Shown in pieces: positions 1-11,715 of a stretch of 64,000 nucleotides of DNA. A model generated the notes under the pieces. It did no database searches. It had not been told where the DNA came from and was given only the letters and a program-made list of their open reading frames with translations. Position numbers and translations under genes: made by a program. The DNA lies in contig NC_086108.1 in assembly GCF_963921235.1 (NCBI RefSeq), positions 3,968,001 to 4,032,000 of the forward strand. Direction: 5' to 3'. This DNA is from Mobula hypostoma (taxonomy: Eukaryota). Positions within the stretch are counted from its first letter, which is position 1; every line of letters starts with the position of its first letter.

Positions 1-516
1 ATCAGAGTATACAGTGAAATGCATTGTTTGCATCAGTGGCCATACGATCGGAGGATGTGCCAGGGCAGCCCGCAAGTGGCACCAACATAGCATGCCCACG
101 ACTTTCTCACCTTAACTTTTACACCTCTGGAACTCGGGAAGAAACCGAAGTATCGGGAGGAAACCCACACGGCCGTGGAGAATGCACAGGCAGTGGCAGG
201 AACTGATCCCCAATCACTAGCGTAGCCTAGTCACGGGACAATTTACAATCACCAATTAACTTCCCAACCAGTACTTCTTTGTACTGTGAGAGGAATCTGG
301 AGGAAAACCATATGGTCATAGGGAGAGCTCCTTACAGAGAGCATCAGGAACTGAACTTTAATCAGTGACTGCTGGCATTTTAAAACAGTGCTAACCACGA
401 TACTACTATGCTGCAGTTAGCCTACCCTCATTTCACTGCCGTTTCTAGGATGCAGGCTATGGTGTTTCACGTACAACCCCACCTTCTAAATTACATATCT
501 TCCTGTCTTTAAAATA

Positions 517-1684
517 CAGTGGAATCTGATTAATTGGGACACGTGGGGATCAGTACATTTTGGCCCAATTTAGTGGCTGCCCCAATTAGATGAAGCCAAA
601 GTAGTTGAAAGGTAAATAGAAAAGGCAAACTACTGTTTAACTTAGTAACAAATTATGTATTTAAATGAAATACAGAACAAATTAGAACACTACAAATACT
701 ACTACTCATCATCATCAATCATGGTGACCATGATTGTTCTTGACAAATTTTTCTACAGAAATGGTTTACCATTGCCTTTTTCTGTGCACAGTGTCTTTAT
801 GAGATGGGTGACCCTAGCCATTATCAATACTCTTTAGATACTGTCTGATTGGTGTTAGTGGTCACATAACCAGGACTTGTGATATGCACCAGCTGCTCAT
901 ATGACCATCCACCACCTGCTCCCATGGCTGCATGTGACCATGATCTTGGTCCAAGGGTGACCTGCAGCTGAGGGGAGGGAAGGAGTGCCTTACACCTCCT
1001 TTGGTGGAGACACATCTCCACCCTGACACCCATACAAAGGCTATTACAGTACTATAAAACTATATTAATTCTTAATATTTAGCAATGGGGAAATGCATCC
1101 AGTGTATGATGCTATGTCCTTTTGATTGACTGGGAGTGAACAAAATCAGTGCAGGCACCTCATGCAGATAATAGACTGCTTTTGTACAATGCTTTTGCTG
1201 ATTGTATCCTCCAAATTTTAATTTTCATTATAACATTCAAGATGATTGCTGATACCTTAATTCTTCGTAGTTCCGATCTTGTTCCGATCTTGTTGAAGTA
1301 GCAAAATCATTTCCTTTTTGCTCCTGTCCATTTCTGGTATATCCAATTCTGAAAGTTTGAAACCATAGTGAGTAAATCAGATTTGGTTTGTCTTGCGGCT
1401 TATTTCTCATCAACTGCTGGTAACAAAAATCACAACTTTTTGAACATAAGTGCATGCAAATGATGCTATTTTAAAAACTGTTCACTCTAGGCACAGTGAA
1501 CACTGTTGACAACCACAGAAGTACATGCAGCTAATGCCAGTTAAATAACTGTGCAGCAACAGTCTCCTGTCCTAATTAAAGGGCATAATGTCCCAAATAA
1601 ACAAAGGGAATCCTGGCTATTTTTTCCATTAGTTTTGAGGAGTTGTCCAAACAAACAGCTGTCCCAATTAACCAGAATCGACAA
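517..1684. mobile_element. Old Tc1/mariner (pogo/Tigger-like) non-autonomous DNA element, interrupted by a SINE-like repeat
   Basis: TA followed by CAGTGGAATCTGATTAATTGGG on the left; imperfect inverted CCCAATTAACCAGAATCGACA on the right. Confidence 0.5.
705..1032 (-). mobile_element. RTE-related SINE-like repeat (other copies at about 1983-2266, 21680-22055, 28375-28825, 32270-32480)
   Basis: Mutually alignable ~350-bp repeat with a GGCAATGGCAAACCACTTCTGTAG-type motif (Bov-A/RTE-like) and a (TGA)n tail. Confidence 0.6.
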
Positions 1685-2274
1685 TCTATTCTGATTCATT
1701 CATTGTTACTAGATCTCCCTTACCAGCCACACCATGGGAGCACCTTCACCACAGAGACTACAGCGTCCATCATTAAGGACTCCCATCACTCAGGACATGC
1801 CCTCTTCTCATTGTTACCATCAGGAAGGAGGTACAGAAGCCTGAAGACACACACTCAATGATTCAGGAACAGCTTCTTCCCCTGTGCCATTGATTTCTGT
1901 ATGGACTTTGAACCCAAGAACGCTACGTCACTACTTTTTAATTTTTTGCCTCTCCTTTTGAACTACTTAATTTATTTTTATATCATCATCATTATGTGCT
2001 GTGTCATATGACATCATCATTCTGTGCCGTGTTGTATGACATGGATGATCATAGTCTTTGACAATGATTGTTCTTGGCAAATTTTCCTACAGAGGTGGTT
2101 TGCCATTGCCGCCTTCTGGGGCAGTGTCTTTACAATACCCTTCAGAGATTGCCTGGCATCAGTGGTTGCATACCTGGACTTGTGATATGCTAAGCAGGTG
2201 CTACACCTTGCCCAAGGGTGACCTGCAGACTAGAAGAGGGAAGGAGCATCTTACACCTCCTTTGGGTGTAAGAC

Positions 2275-4116
2275 TAGGGTTGCCAACTGTCCCGTATTAG
2301 CCGGGACATCCCGTATATTGGGCTAAATTGGTTTGTCCCATACGGGACCGCCCTTGTTCCGTATTTCCCCCGCTAAGGTAGAGCGTTCCTATGAAACCTT
2401 TCGTGCCAAAATGGTGTAAAGCGAAGAAGCAATTACCATTAATTTATATGGGAAAAATTTCTGAGCGTTCCCAGACCCAAAAAAAACCCTACCAAATCAT
2501 ACCAAATAACACATGAAACCTAAAATAACACTAAGATATAGAACATAGAATAGTACAGCACAGTACAGGCTCTTCAGCCCACAATGTTGTGCCGACCCTC
2601 AAACCCTACCTCCCATATAAGCCCCCACCTTAGATTCCTCCATATACCTGTCTAGTAGTCTCTTAAACTTCACTAGTGTATCTGCCTCCACCACTGACTC
2701 AGGCAGTGCATTCCACGCACCAACCACTCTCTGAGTAAAAAACCTTCCTCTAATATCCCCCTTGAACTTCCCACCCCTTACCTTAAAGCCATGTCCTCTT
2801 GTATTGAGCAGTGGTGCCCTGGGGAAGAGGCGCTGGCTATCCACTCTATCTATTCCTCTACACCTCTATCATGTCTCCTGTCATCCTCCTTCTCTCCAAA
2901 GAGTAAAGCCCAAGCTCCCTTAATCTCTGATCATAATGCATACTTTCTAAACCAGGCAGCATCCTGGTAAATCTCCTCTGTACCTTTTCCAATGCTTCCA
3001 CATCCTTCCTATAGTGAGGTGACCAGAACTGGACACAATACTCCAAGTGTGGCCTAACCAAAGTTTTATAGAGCTGCATCATTACATCACGACTCTTAAA
3101 CTCTATCCCTCGACTTATGAAAGCTAACACCCCATAAGCTTTCTTAACTACCTTATCCACCTGTGAGGCAACTTTCAGGGATATGTGGACATGTACCCCA
3201 AGATCCCTCTGCTCCTCCACACTACCAAGTATCCTGCCATTTACTTTGTACTCTGCCTTGGAGTTTGTCCTTCCAAAGTTTACCACCTCACACTTCTCTG
3301 GGTTGAACTCCATCTGCCACTTCTCAGCCCACTTCTGCATCCTATCAATGTCTCTCTGCAATCTTTGACAATCCTCTACACTATCTACAAAACCACCAAC
3401 CTTTGTGTCATCTGCAAACTTGCCAACCCACCCTTCTACCCTCACATCCAGGTTGTTAATAAAAATCACGAAAAGTAGAGGTCCCAGAACAGATCCTTGT
3501 GGGACACCACTAGTCACAATCCTCCAATCTGAATGTACTCCCTCCACCACAACCCTCTGCCTTCTGCAGGCAAGCAAATTCTGAATCCACCTGGCCAAAC
3601 TTCCCTGGATCCCATGCCTTCTAACTTTCTGAATAAGCCTACCATGTGGAACCTTGTCAAATGCCTTACTAAAATCCATATAGATCACATCCACTGTACT
3701 ACCCTCATCTATATGCTTGGTCACCTCCTCAAAGAACTCTATCAGGCTTGTTAGACACGATCTGCCCTTCACAAAGCCATGCTGACTGTCCCTGATCAGA
3801 CCATGATTCTCTAAATGCCTATAGATCCTATCTCTAAGAATCTTTTTAGTAAAAGCAGGAATGATATGATAAATCATTTATATATATATATATACAGCCT
3901 ATATAAAGTAGAAATAATGTGTGTACAGTGTAATTTCACTGAACAGAATCGCCAAAACCAATTTGTAGAAAAAAATCGGCACGTACACGCATGCGCACAC
4001 AGGTGCCCATGCAAGGCTTCATGGTCATGGTTGTCTTTCTCGGGGTAAACACAAGTGTCCTGTATTTGACTGCTACTTTTGTCCCTTATTTGGGAGTGAG
4101 AAAGTTGGCAACCCTA
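2275..4116. mobile_element. hAT (Blackjack-like) non-autonomous element carrying a CR1 insertion
   Basis: TIRs TAGGGTTGCCAAC / GTTGGCAACCCTA; perfect 8-bp TSD TGTAAGAC at 2267-2274 and 4117-4124. Confidence 0.9.
2540..3847 (-). mobile_element. CR1 LINE, 5'-truncated, RT domain largely open
   Basis: ORF 2858-3877: QHGFVKGRSCLT, DFSKAFDKVPH, GVPQGSVLGP, KFADDTK, RPHLEYCVQFWSP; CR1 3' tail near 2540. Confidence 0.95.
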
Positions 4117-4580
4117 TGTAAGACAGTGGTTGTTGGGACGAGAGCCGATTTCACTCATCTTCTGAGATGGTCAGCTCCATGGCGCTGAGGCTGTGAAGAC
4201 TGCCCCGGCTGCTGTGCTCTGTGACTGCTGATATGAACTGATAAGCAAAGTTTTGGGCCTACTCAATGGCTGTGTATCTGAGGATTCATTTTTGGTTCAA
4301 AATGCTGTTGTTCATTTCAATTGCATGATTTGTGTTTTTTTCCTTTCTCTCGTGCACCGAGTATTGGTCTTTCACATTTTTAAAATTTAATTGGGTTCTT
4401 TTTTCTTTTGGGTTTCTTGCTTTGTGGCTACCTGTGAGCAAGCAAATGTCAAGGTGGTTTAATTTATACGTACTCTGATAATGAACTTGAATCTTAAATG
4501 TGCATGCACGTGTGCGAGCACACACGTACATATATGTGTATATACGTGTGTATGTATATGTGTGTGTGTGTGTGTATATA

Positions 4581-5274
4581 TGTAGCCCCCCTGGCCACCC
4601 TCAGGGTCGCTCGGCTCGCTGTCGTCTAGGGAAACAGCCTCAGCCCCGCCAAACTGGGTAATTAGTTGGTGTGGATGCTGTGTGAGGTACCCCACCCCGC
4701 CCAAATAACAGACAATACACCAGATGCAATTAAATGATATACAGTTTATAGATATTACTGGAACTATATAATTAAAAGAGAATAAAATATAAAAGGAAAA
4801 TAAAAGGCGCCACACTTATCAAAGTTCAATCTCTTCATGCACAAAACCGTTGGAGCTCAAGGACCTTCTTCTTCACCCTGCGACCCCCTCGGACCACCTC
4901 GACCGGCCGCCTGGGACCAACAACGGTGGTCGACCAGACGCTCCACACGAGCCCGTCTCCGTCTCCTCGCCGAACGTCCCGCTCGGGGTCCGACCCCGTT
5001 AGCGGACTCACAGCACCTCGTCCATCCTCTGTCTCGCTCTCCCGCCTTCTGCCCCAAAACCCCGCGCATACAGTATCTTCAAATACACCAAAACCATAAC
5101 AACTATTCCAATTGGTTAATAACGTATTTCTTATCACCCTCTAAACCACAACAAGCTGCTAGCGCAAACTTTCTCAGCGTTTAAGACAACAAAGCCGCAT
5201 TCCCCAGATTTACATAACAAAGACGCCATTTTAATTAGCTTCCGCAGTAACATAAAAATCGAAACCTCCTTACA
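4581..5274 (-). repeat. 3' LTR
   Basis: Direct repeat of 7955-8648; preceded on the - strand by a polypurine tract (5275-5289). Confidence 0.95.
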
Positions 5275-5806
5275 CTCCTCCCCCCCACCAAATAAAGTCA
5301 TGTCCTCATGACTTCTAATTAACTCGCCACCCAGTCCTACAGACACACAACACACACATACACAGATACACACAGTGACAGTGCTCCCCAAACAGTGGAC
5401 CTTACTCCCGTCCCATGGGCGCTAAATAGGCCAACCTATCTGGGATTGAGACCTCCGTACCCTCTCACCTAAACCCAAAAGGCTCAGACACTACTAGGGA
5501 TACCTCGGGCCTGTTTGCCAACTCCTCTCTCACTCAGGCCACTGCTACAGCTCGGAGCCCCCAGTCCCATGTCCAGGGCCCCGCCTCTCCTCCTTCCCAA
5601 TCCTGCCGCAACTCAGACTGCCCACAGCTAGCCCTCCCCACTACACCTGACTCAGTGGGAGAAGGGCCAAAGGTCTCTTCCTCAATCACGGGGAAGTTAG
5701 CGAAAGGCAGCATGTTCCACATGTGCAGCACATCATCCTTCGAATCCGTATCCTTCCTCATTCCCTCGATTGATAGCTACTGGTTAAGTTTCTCCAAACT
5801 GAAACA

Positions 5807-7474
5807 TTAAGCCGGGGCTACCCCTTCAGCCTCCTGCAGTCGAGACGTCAGCTCCTTCGGGGACTCCTTCAACTCTCGCCACAGCCTCAGCAGTTCTGAC
5901 TCAGGGTTCCTGGCCATCTCAATCTGGGACGCAGTTACCCCACCAGCTTCTTCCACCCTGACCTGAAAAGCAGCAGATAAAGAATGTTCAGCCTCCGGTT
6001 GTTTCTTCCTCAGGACGTCTTCCAGGTCAACGTTCAGTTTTTCCACATCATTTAAACTCGCGATAGTCATCTTCAGGTTCCTTACAAGCCTCCGCCTCCC
6101 TTTTCCGAGATCTGTCCTCCATTTTTTCACCTCCTCGGGAGTGTAGTCAAACTCCCCTCCCTGGGCTCTCGGTTTTCTGTTGACCTTAGTCAGAACACTT
6201 CCTTGATCTTCCCCAACTTGTAAGTCTTCCAATCTGTTCTGAATCGATGTCTTGAGTTTCTGCTGATCCCTTCGAAGGCGGGTCATTGTTTCTTCTCGCT
6301 GGATTAATTCGTCAGTATATGACCGCAGTGCGGTGCAAATCTCCTCTCTTCCCTGTGTCTCATTCAGATTGACGACCTGGGTTTCCATCCCCCGGTCCAC
6401 CACTGTCTGTCCCAACACCAGGAAGTTCAACTGGTATGTCGGGTCATTTTCCTCACATTGCACCAAACTCCTCCGGCCAAAAACTCCTCCACATTTGACA
6501 CTTCGCTTCGGTCGCCCGAGCTCAGCCACTCGCCTCGCCTCATAGTCCCCCCAGGCGAATCCAAGCTCTAGGCGGTCATCCACATACGTCAAAACTCCAC
6601 ACACCTTCACTTCCCCCATGGTCTTCCTCATGCCCCGCAGGAAGGATGCAGGGGCTCCGGATATGCCCTTGGGCGTCTTTTCGGATCGGAAGAATCCTAG
6701 GGAACTAGTAACAGCCATCTTCAGCTCAACAGCCGCACTCCTCAGGATCTGGCAACATCCACCCCTCAGATGCAGCACATTAAACCACATCGCATCATCC
6801 CTACACACGCTGCCTTCATCTTCCATGCCGCCAGGGTCCAGTTGCCGTGACCTCTCTCTCACTGAGGTGTCTTCAGCGGTCAACTCCCCTCCCTCGTGGT
6901 GGTTCGGAGCATCTACTAAGAGGGTCTCACCCTCAGCTACTTTCCCCAAGCCGTACCACCACTGGGTCTCGTTTAAATTCGGTACCGGCTCAAGGCTGCT
7001 GCACACGTCCTCAGAAGCAACTCGACATGCTGGGTGCCCAGACAATGCCCCCATGAACTCCAGGGTCATTAACCAATCATCGTCTTCTGGATAACTACTG
7101 CCACTAGTACCCAAAATCTCCGATGCCCTTGCAGTTGTCAAGGATAAATGCTTCAGACACCGGTTGTAAAATGAACTGTACAACAACTTGATCTGTGCCC
7201 CGGGGTCGAGGATAGCTTTAGCATCGCTTCCCTCTATCCATAACGACACCCTGGGGTGTGGTCCCTCTAAGCCTTCAGGAATAGGGTCTTTTCCTTGCGG
7301 AAGTTCAGTGGCACATTGCTGGGAACGTGCTTCCCCAGAGACCCCAAGCCTTTCCCCCACTGGGCCTCCACTAAGTTTCCCGACACCTCTCTGATCAGCT
7401 GAACAACTGATCCCCTGAAATGATCCCCCTGGCACTGCAAGCAATTTAGCCGCCCTCCTAGCCAGAGAAGACAC
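5807..7474 (-). CDS. 555-aa chimeric ORF: degenerate Gypsy protease and RT fragments fused to a myosin heavy-chain rod-like segment
   Basis: AILDPGAQI (protease-like, D[ST]G changed to DPG); WFNVLHLRGGCCQI, PKGISGAPASF and LTYVDD (RT); then LEDLQVGEDQ..LTK, LKMTIASLNDVEK and VEEAGGVTASQIE (myosin tail-like). Start codon and expression are uncertain. Confidence 0.6.
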   Translation of the reverse strand: MSSLARRAAKLLAVPGGSFQGISCSADQRGVGKLSGGPVGERLGVSGEARSQQCATELPQGKDPIPEGLEGPHPRVSLWIEGSDAKAILDPGAQIKLLYSSFYNRCLKHLSLTTARASEILGTSGSSYPEDDDWLMTLEFMGALSGHPACRVASEDVCSSLEPVPNLNETQWWYGLGKVAEGETLLVDAPNHHEGGELTAEDTSVRERSRQLDPGGMEDEGSVCRDDAMWFNVLHLRGGCCQILRSAAVELKMAVTSSLGFFRSEKTPKGISGAPASFLRGMRKTMGEVKVCGVLTYVDDRLELGFAWGDYEARRVAELGRPKRSVKCGGVFGRRSLVQCEENDPTYQLNFLVLGQTVVDRGMETQVVNLNETQGREEICTALRSYTDELIQREETMTRLRRDQQKLKTSIQNRLEDLQVGEDQGSVLTKVNRKPRAQGGEFDYTPEEVKKWRTDLGKGRRRLVRNLKMTIASLNDVEKLNVDLEDVLRKKQPEAEHSLSAAFQVRVEEAGGVTASQIEMARNPESELLRLWRELKESPKELTSRLQEAEGVAPA

Positions 7475-7539
7475 ACTGAAAACTTTCCCCCCTCTTTCAG
7501 ATAACTGACAGCTGTCACTACGGTGTAAGTGAACCTGAC

Positions 7540-7695
7540 AGCTCTAACGCTGTCACCAGCCCGCCTACTCAAACTTTCAACCAATCCCTGTCACTCTCCC
7601 TCAACCGAGCACTGCCACTCATCTAACAACTGAGAGATCTGCTCCGCCCACGTCTCACACGCCTCCGCCCCTCCTGGGGTGGACACTATCCCAAG
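7540..7695 (-). pseudogene. PNMA-like Gypsy gag remnant
   Basis: Manual translation GIVSTPGGAEACETWAEQISQLLDEWQCSVEGE*QGLVESLSRRAG; one in-frame TGA. Confidence 0.7.
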
Positions 7696-7933
7696 TGCCA
7701 GGCGGAGCTAGAACATTTATTCGCAGACTCTACCTCCAAATCAGACCACTCTTTCCTCTCTCTCCCAACTGCATGGACAGCCCCGAGTTCCACCTCCAAC
7801 TCGTCAATGCTAGTCTGAACTCGAACAAAGACCTCACCCACAACACATACAGCAATCACCAGCAAATAACCCACAGAGACACACATTACAGATTTAAACA
7901 GGGCACCCACACAGCATACCAACAGACTCAAGC

Positions 7934-7951
7934 ATCCCGGACAAGCCCCCA
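7934..7951 (-). promoter_or_regulatory. Primer-binding site complementary to tRNA-Pro
   Basis: The - strand reads TGGGGGCTTGTCCGGGAT, 3 nt after the 5' LTR; one mismatch to the canonical tRNA-Pro PBS TGGGGGCTCGTCCGGGAT. Confidence 0.85.
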
Positions 7952-7954
7952 CAA

Positions 7955-8648
7955 TGTAGCCCCCCTGGCCACCCTCAGGGTCACTGGGCTCGCTGTCGTC
8001 TAGGGAAACAGCCTCGGCCCCGCCAAACTGGGTAATTAGTTGGTGTGGATGCTGTGTGAGGTACCCCACCCCGCCCAAGTAACAGACAATACACCAGATG
8101 CAATTAAATGATATACAGTTTATAGATATTACTGGAACTATATAATTAAAAGAGAATAAAATATAAAAGGAAAATAAAAGGTGCCACACTTATCAAAGTT
8201 CAATCTCTTCGTGCACAAAACCGTTGGAGCTCAAGGACCTTCTTCTTCACCCTGCGACCCCCTCGGACCACCTCGACCGGCCGCCTGGGACCAACAACGG
8301 TGGTCGACCAGACGCTCCACACGAGTCCGTCTCCGTCTCCTCGCCGAACATCCCGCTCGGGGTCCGACCCCATTAGCGGACTCACAGCACCTCGTCCAGC
8401 CTCTGTCTCGCTCTCCCACCTTCTGCCCCAAAACCCCCTCGCAAACAGTATCTTCAAATACACCAAAACCATAACAACTATCCCAATTGGTTAATAACGT
8501 ATTTCTTATCACCCTCTAAACCACAACAAGCTGCTAGCGCAAACTTTCTCAGCGTTTAAGACAACAAAGCCGCATTCCCCAGATTACATAACAAAGACGC
8601 CATTTTAATTAGCCTCTGCAGTAACATAAAAATCGAAACCTCCTTACA
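7955..8648 (-). repeat. 5' LTR
   Basis: Direct repeat of 4581-5274; about 18 differences in 694 bp by manual count, many at CpG; adjacent to the PBS. Confidence 0.95.
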
Positions 8649-9060
8649 TATATATATGTGTGTGTGTGTGTATGTGTATGTATATATATATATATATACA
8701 CACACACTCACATTAATTTCTTATTGTAATTTATAGGTTTTTTTAAATTATGTATTGCATTGTACTGCTTCTGAAAAGCAACATTTTTCACGGCATTTGC
8801 CAGTGATGTTAAACCTGATTTTAATTCTGAAATTTAGGTCATTTGTTCTTGCCACTGCGGTTATAATAGTGACACACTTCTGACTTAGTGACTGTTCTCT
8901 CTTCCCACTCTGGATAATGGACAACTTTCCTTGCACTCTTATCAGAATCATGTTTAACATCACCAGTGCATGTTGTGAAATATGTTAACTTTACGGCAGT
9001 AGTACAATGAAATACATGATAAGTACAGTAACATACAGAAAAAATAGGGTAAGTATATAT

Positions 9061-9495
9061 CTAGAACACTAGATACTAGAATACTACAGCACAGTACAGG
9101 CCCTTTGGCCCTCGATGTTCTGCTGACCCATATATTCCTTAAAAAAAAGTGCTAAACCCACACTACCCCGTAACCCTCTATTTTTCTTTCATCCATGTGC
9201 CTGTCCAAGAGGTTCTTAAATACCCCTAATGTTTTAGCCTCCACCACCATCCCTCGCAAGTCATTCCAGGCACCCACAACCCTCTGTGTAAAAAACTTAC
9301 CCCTGATGTCTCCCCTGAACTTCTCTCCCTTAACTTTGTACATATGCCCTCTGGTGTTTGCTATTCATGCCCTGGGAAACAAGTACTGGCTATCCACCCT
9401 ATCTATGCCTCTCATAATCTTGTCAACCTCTATCAAGTCCCCTCTCATCCTTCTATGCTGCAAAGAGAAAAGTCCCAGCTCTGCTAACCTTGTCT
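9061..9495 (-). mobile_element. CR1 3' fragment
   Basis: GEKFRGDIRGKFFTQRVVGAWN plus CR1 3' tail. Confidence 0.85.
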
Positions 9496-9544
9496 CATTA
9501 AATAGTTATGTTAAAATAAGTAGTAAAAGACAAATAAATTTTTA

Positions 9545-10470
9545 AAAAGTAGTGAGGGTTTCATGGGTTCAATGGCCATTCAGAAATCAGATGGCAGAGG
9601 GGAAGAAGCTGTTCCTGAATTGTTGAGTGTGTGTCTTCAGGCTTCTGTACCTCCTCCCTGGTGGTAACACTGAGAAGAGGGCATACCCTGGGTGATTGGG
9701 GTCCTTAATGATGGATGGTGCCTTCGTAAGGCACTGCCCTTGAAGATTTCTTGGTTACTATGGAGACAAGTACCCAAGATGGAGCTTGCTTCAATCTTGT
9801 GCAGTAGGCCCCCCTCCTCCCCCATACTAGACAGTGATGCAGCCAGTCAGAATGCTCTCCACGGAATATTTGTAGAAATTTCCGTGTGTTTTAGTTGACA
9901 AATCAGATCTCCTCAAACTCCTAATGAAGTATTGCTGCTGTCTTGCCTTTTTTATAGCTGCATCAATATGTTGTGTTCTCAGAGATATTGACACACAACA
10001 ACTTAAAATTGCTCACTCTTTCCACTTCTGATCGCCCTATGAGGATTGATTTGTGTTCCCTCGTCTTACCCTTTCTGAAGTTCTCAAACAGCTCTTCGGT
10101 TTTGCTGACGTTGAGTGCCAGGTTTCTGCTGCAACACCACTCAACTAACTGGTATATCTCGCTCCTGTACACTCTTTCATCACCATCTGAAATTCTGCCA
10201 ACAATGGTTGTATCATCAGCAAATTTATAGATGCCATTTGAGCTATGCCTAGCCACACGTCATGGGTGTAGACAGAATAGTACAGTGAACTAAGCACACA
10301 TCCCTGAGGTACGCCAGTGTTGATTGTCAGTGCGATGGAAATGTTATTTGCAATCCACACAGATTGTGCTCTTCCGGTTAGGAAGTCAAGGATCCAGTTG
10401 CAGAAGGAGGTACAGAGGCCTAGGACTGTGGGAATGATGGTGTTAAATGCTGAGCTATAGTCAATAAGCA
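9545..10470 (-). mobile_element. Rex1/Babar-type LINE fragment
   Basis: [33 protein letters not shown] motifs with frameshifts. Confidence 0.8.
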
Positions 10471-11229
10471 ACTTCCTGACATAGGTTTAACACTTGCTTT
10501 GCCTAGTAGCATGATCTCGGGGGTGGTAACCCCACTGCCCGGCCAAACTTTAGAACTCCCGGCCGGCTCCCTTTCACGCTCTCCAGCTAACAAAAAAAAA
10601 CCTGGAGAGGGATGGGCTCCACCAGGTTTCAGATGCCCAAAACATGCCGTATGATGAGCGTACCAAAAGCTTGTCATGATGGCATGCACGTACGTGTATA
10701 CACACACACACACACGTTTTTGAGTCTGGTGGTCCTGGCGTGGATACTACGTAGAGTGGCACAAACAGTCCATGAGCAGAGTGGGAGGAATCCTTCATGT
10801 TGTTATTGGCCTTTTTCCAGCATCTTTCTGTGTATATATCCTGGATGGTGAGTAGCCTGCTGCTGGTGATTCTTTCGGCAGTTTTGACGACCTGTTGTAG
10901 AGCATTACAGAGGATTCCTAAACCATAAAGATATTTGCTGTTGGTCAAAAGAATCTTGTTAAATGTCACTTATCTACTGCCATTTGTAAATAGATTTCAC
11001 TGACTGTTGTAGTACTTTATTGGATCAGACCACTTTCGGTGTATAAACAGATATTTATCTGCTGTTAAATATCCTTGGACTGTGATTTCTGCTACAGTCT
11101 CCCTCCTGCTTCCAGCACCTTGTGCTGTTTGGAGAGAAGGGAGACTGCAGGAAAAGTCACTAGAAAACGTCGAGCTGGTTGGGTCATGACTAGCGAACTG
11201 AACCAACCTCTTCAATATTCTTTTCTCAG

Positions 11230-11370
11230 AGAGTCCTAGACACGGAGCTGGGCCCAAACTGGCGCGACAAGTTGGCGGTGTTTGAGGAGAAGCCATTTGC
11301 CGCTGCTTCGATCGGACAAGTACATCACGGAGAACTGAAGGACGGCCGAGAGGTAGCCATTAAGATCCAG
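11230..11370 (+). CDS. COQ8B: COQ8B (ADCK4) coding exon, A-rich loop and VAIK lysine ([47 protein letters not shown])
   Basis: ttttctcag| acceptor and cag|gt donor; 141 nt, phase 0-0; UbiB-family AAASxG motif. Upstream exons were not found in the window. Confidence 0.95.
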
Positions 11371-11715
11371 GTACCTCCATTTCCCTTGCTGAGAGTCCAA
11401 CTCTCATTTGGATGACGAGATTCCATCTCTTCAAAGTTCAAACTAAATGTTATTATCAAAGTACATCTATATACAATCCTGAGATTCATTTTCTTGTGGG
11501 CATATCCAATAAATCTATAAAATAATAACCCCAACAGAATCAATGAAAAACCGCCGACTAGGGCTTTCAACCAGAGTGCAAAAGACAACAAACTGTGCAA
11601 ATACAAAAAGAAAAAATAATAATAATAAATAAATAAGCAATAAGTATTGAAAGCATGAGACAAAGAGTTCTTGAAAGTGAATCCATGGTTTGTGGAAATA
11701 TTTCAGAGATAGTCT

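Larger units (their letters stand above)
4581..8648 (-). mobile_element. Complete non-autonomous Gypsy-type LTR retrotransposon
   Basis: Two 694-bp TG...CA LTRs, PBS, PPT, TATA on both flanks, and gag/protease/RT remnants inside. Confidence 0.93.

Noticed and set aside
4459..5184. Short ORFs duplicated at 7686-8512
   Set aside because: They lie within the two LTRs and have no recognisable protein motifs.
1..11229. Upstream COQ8B exons (KxGQ region)
   Set aside because: No matching exon was found by eye; they presumably lie before the window.
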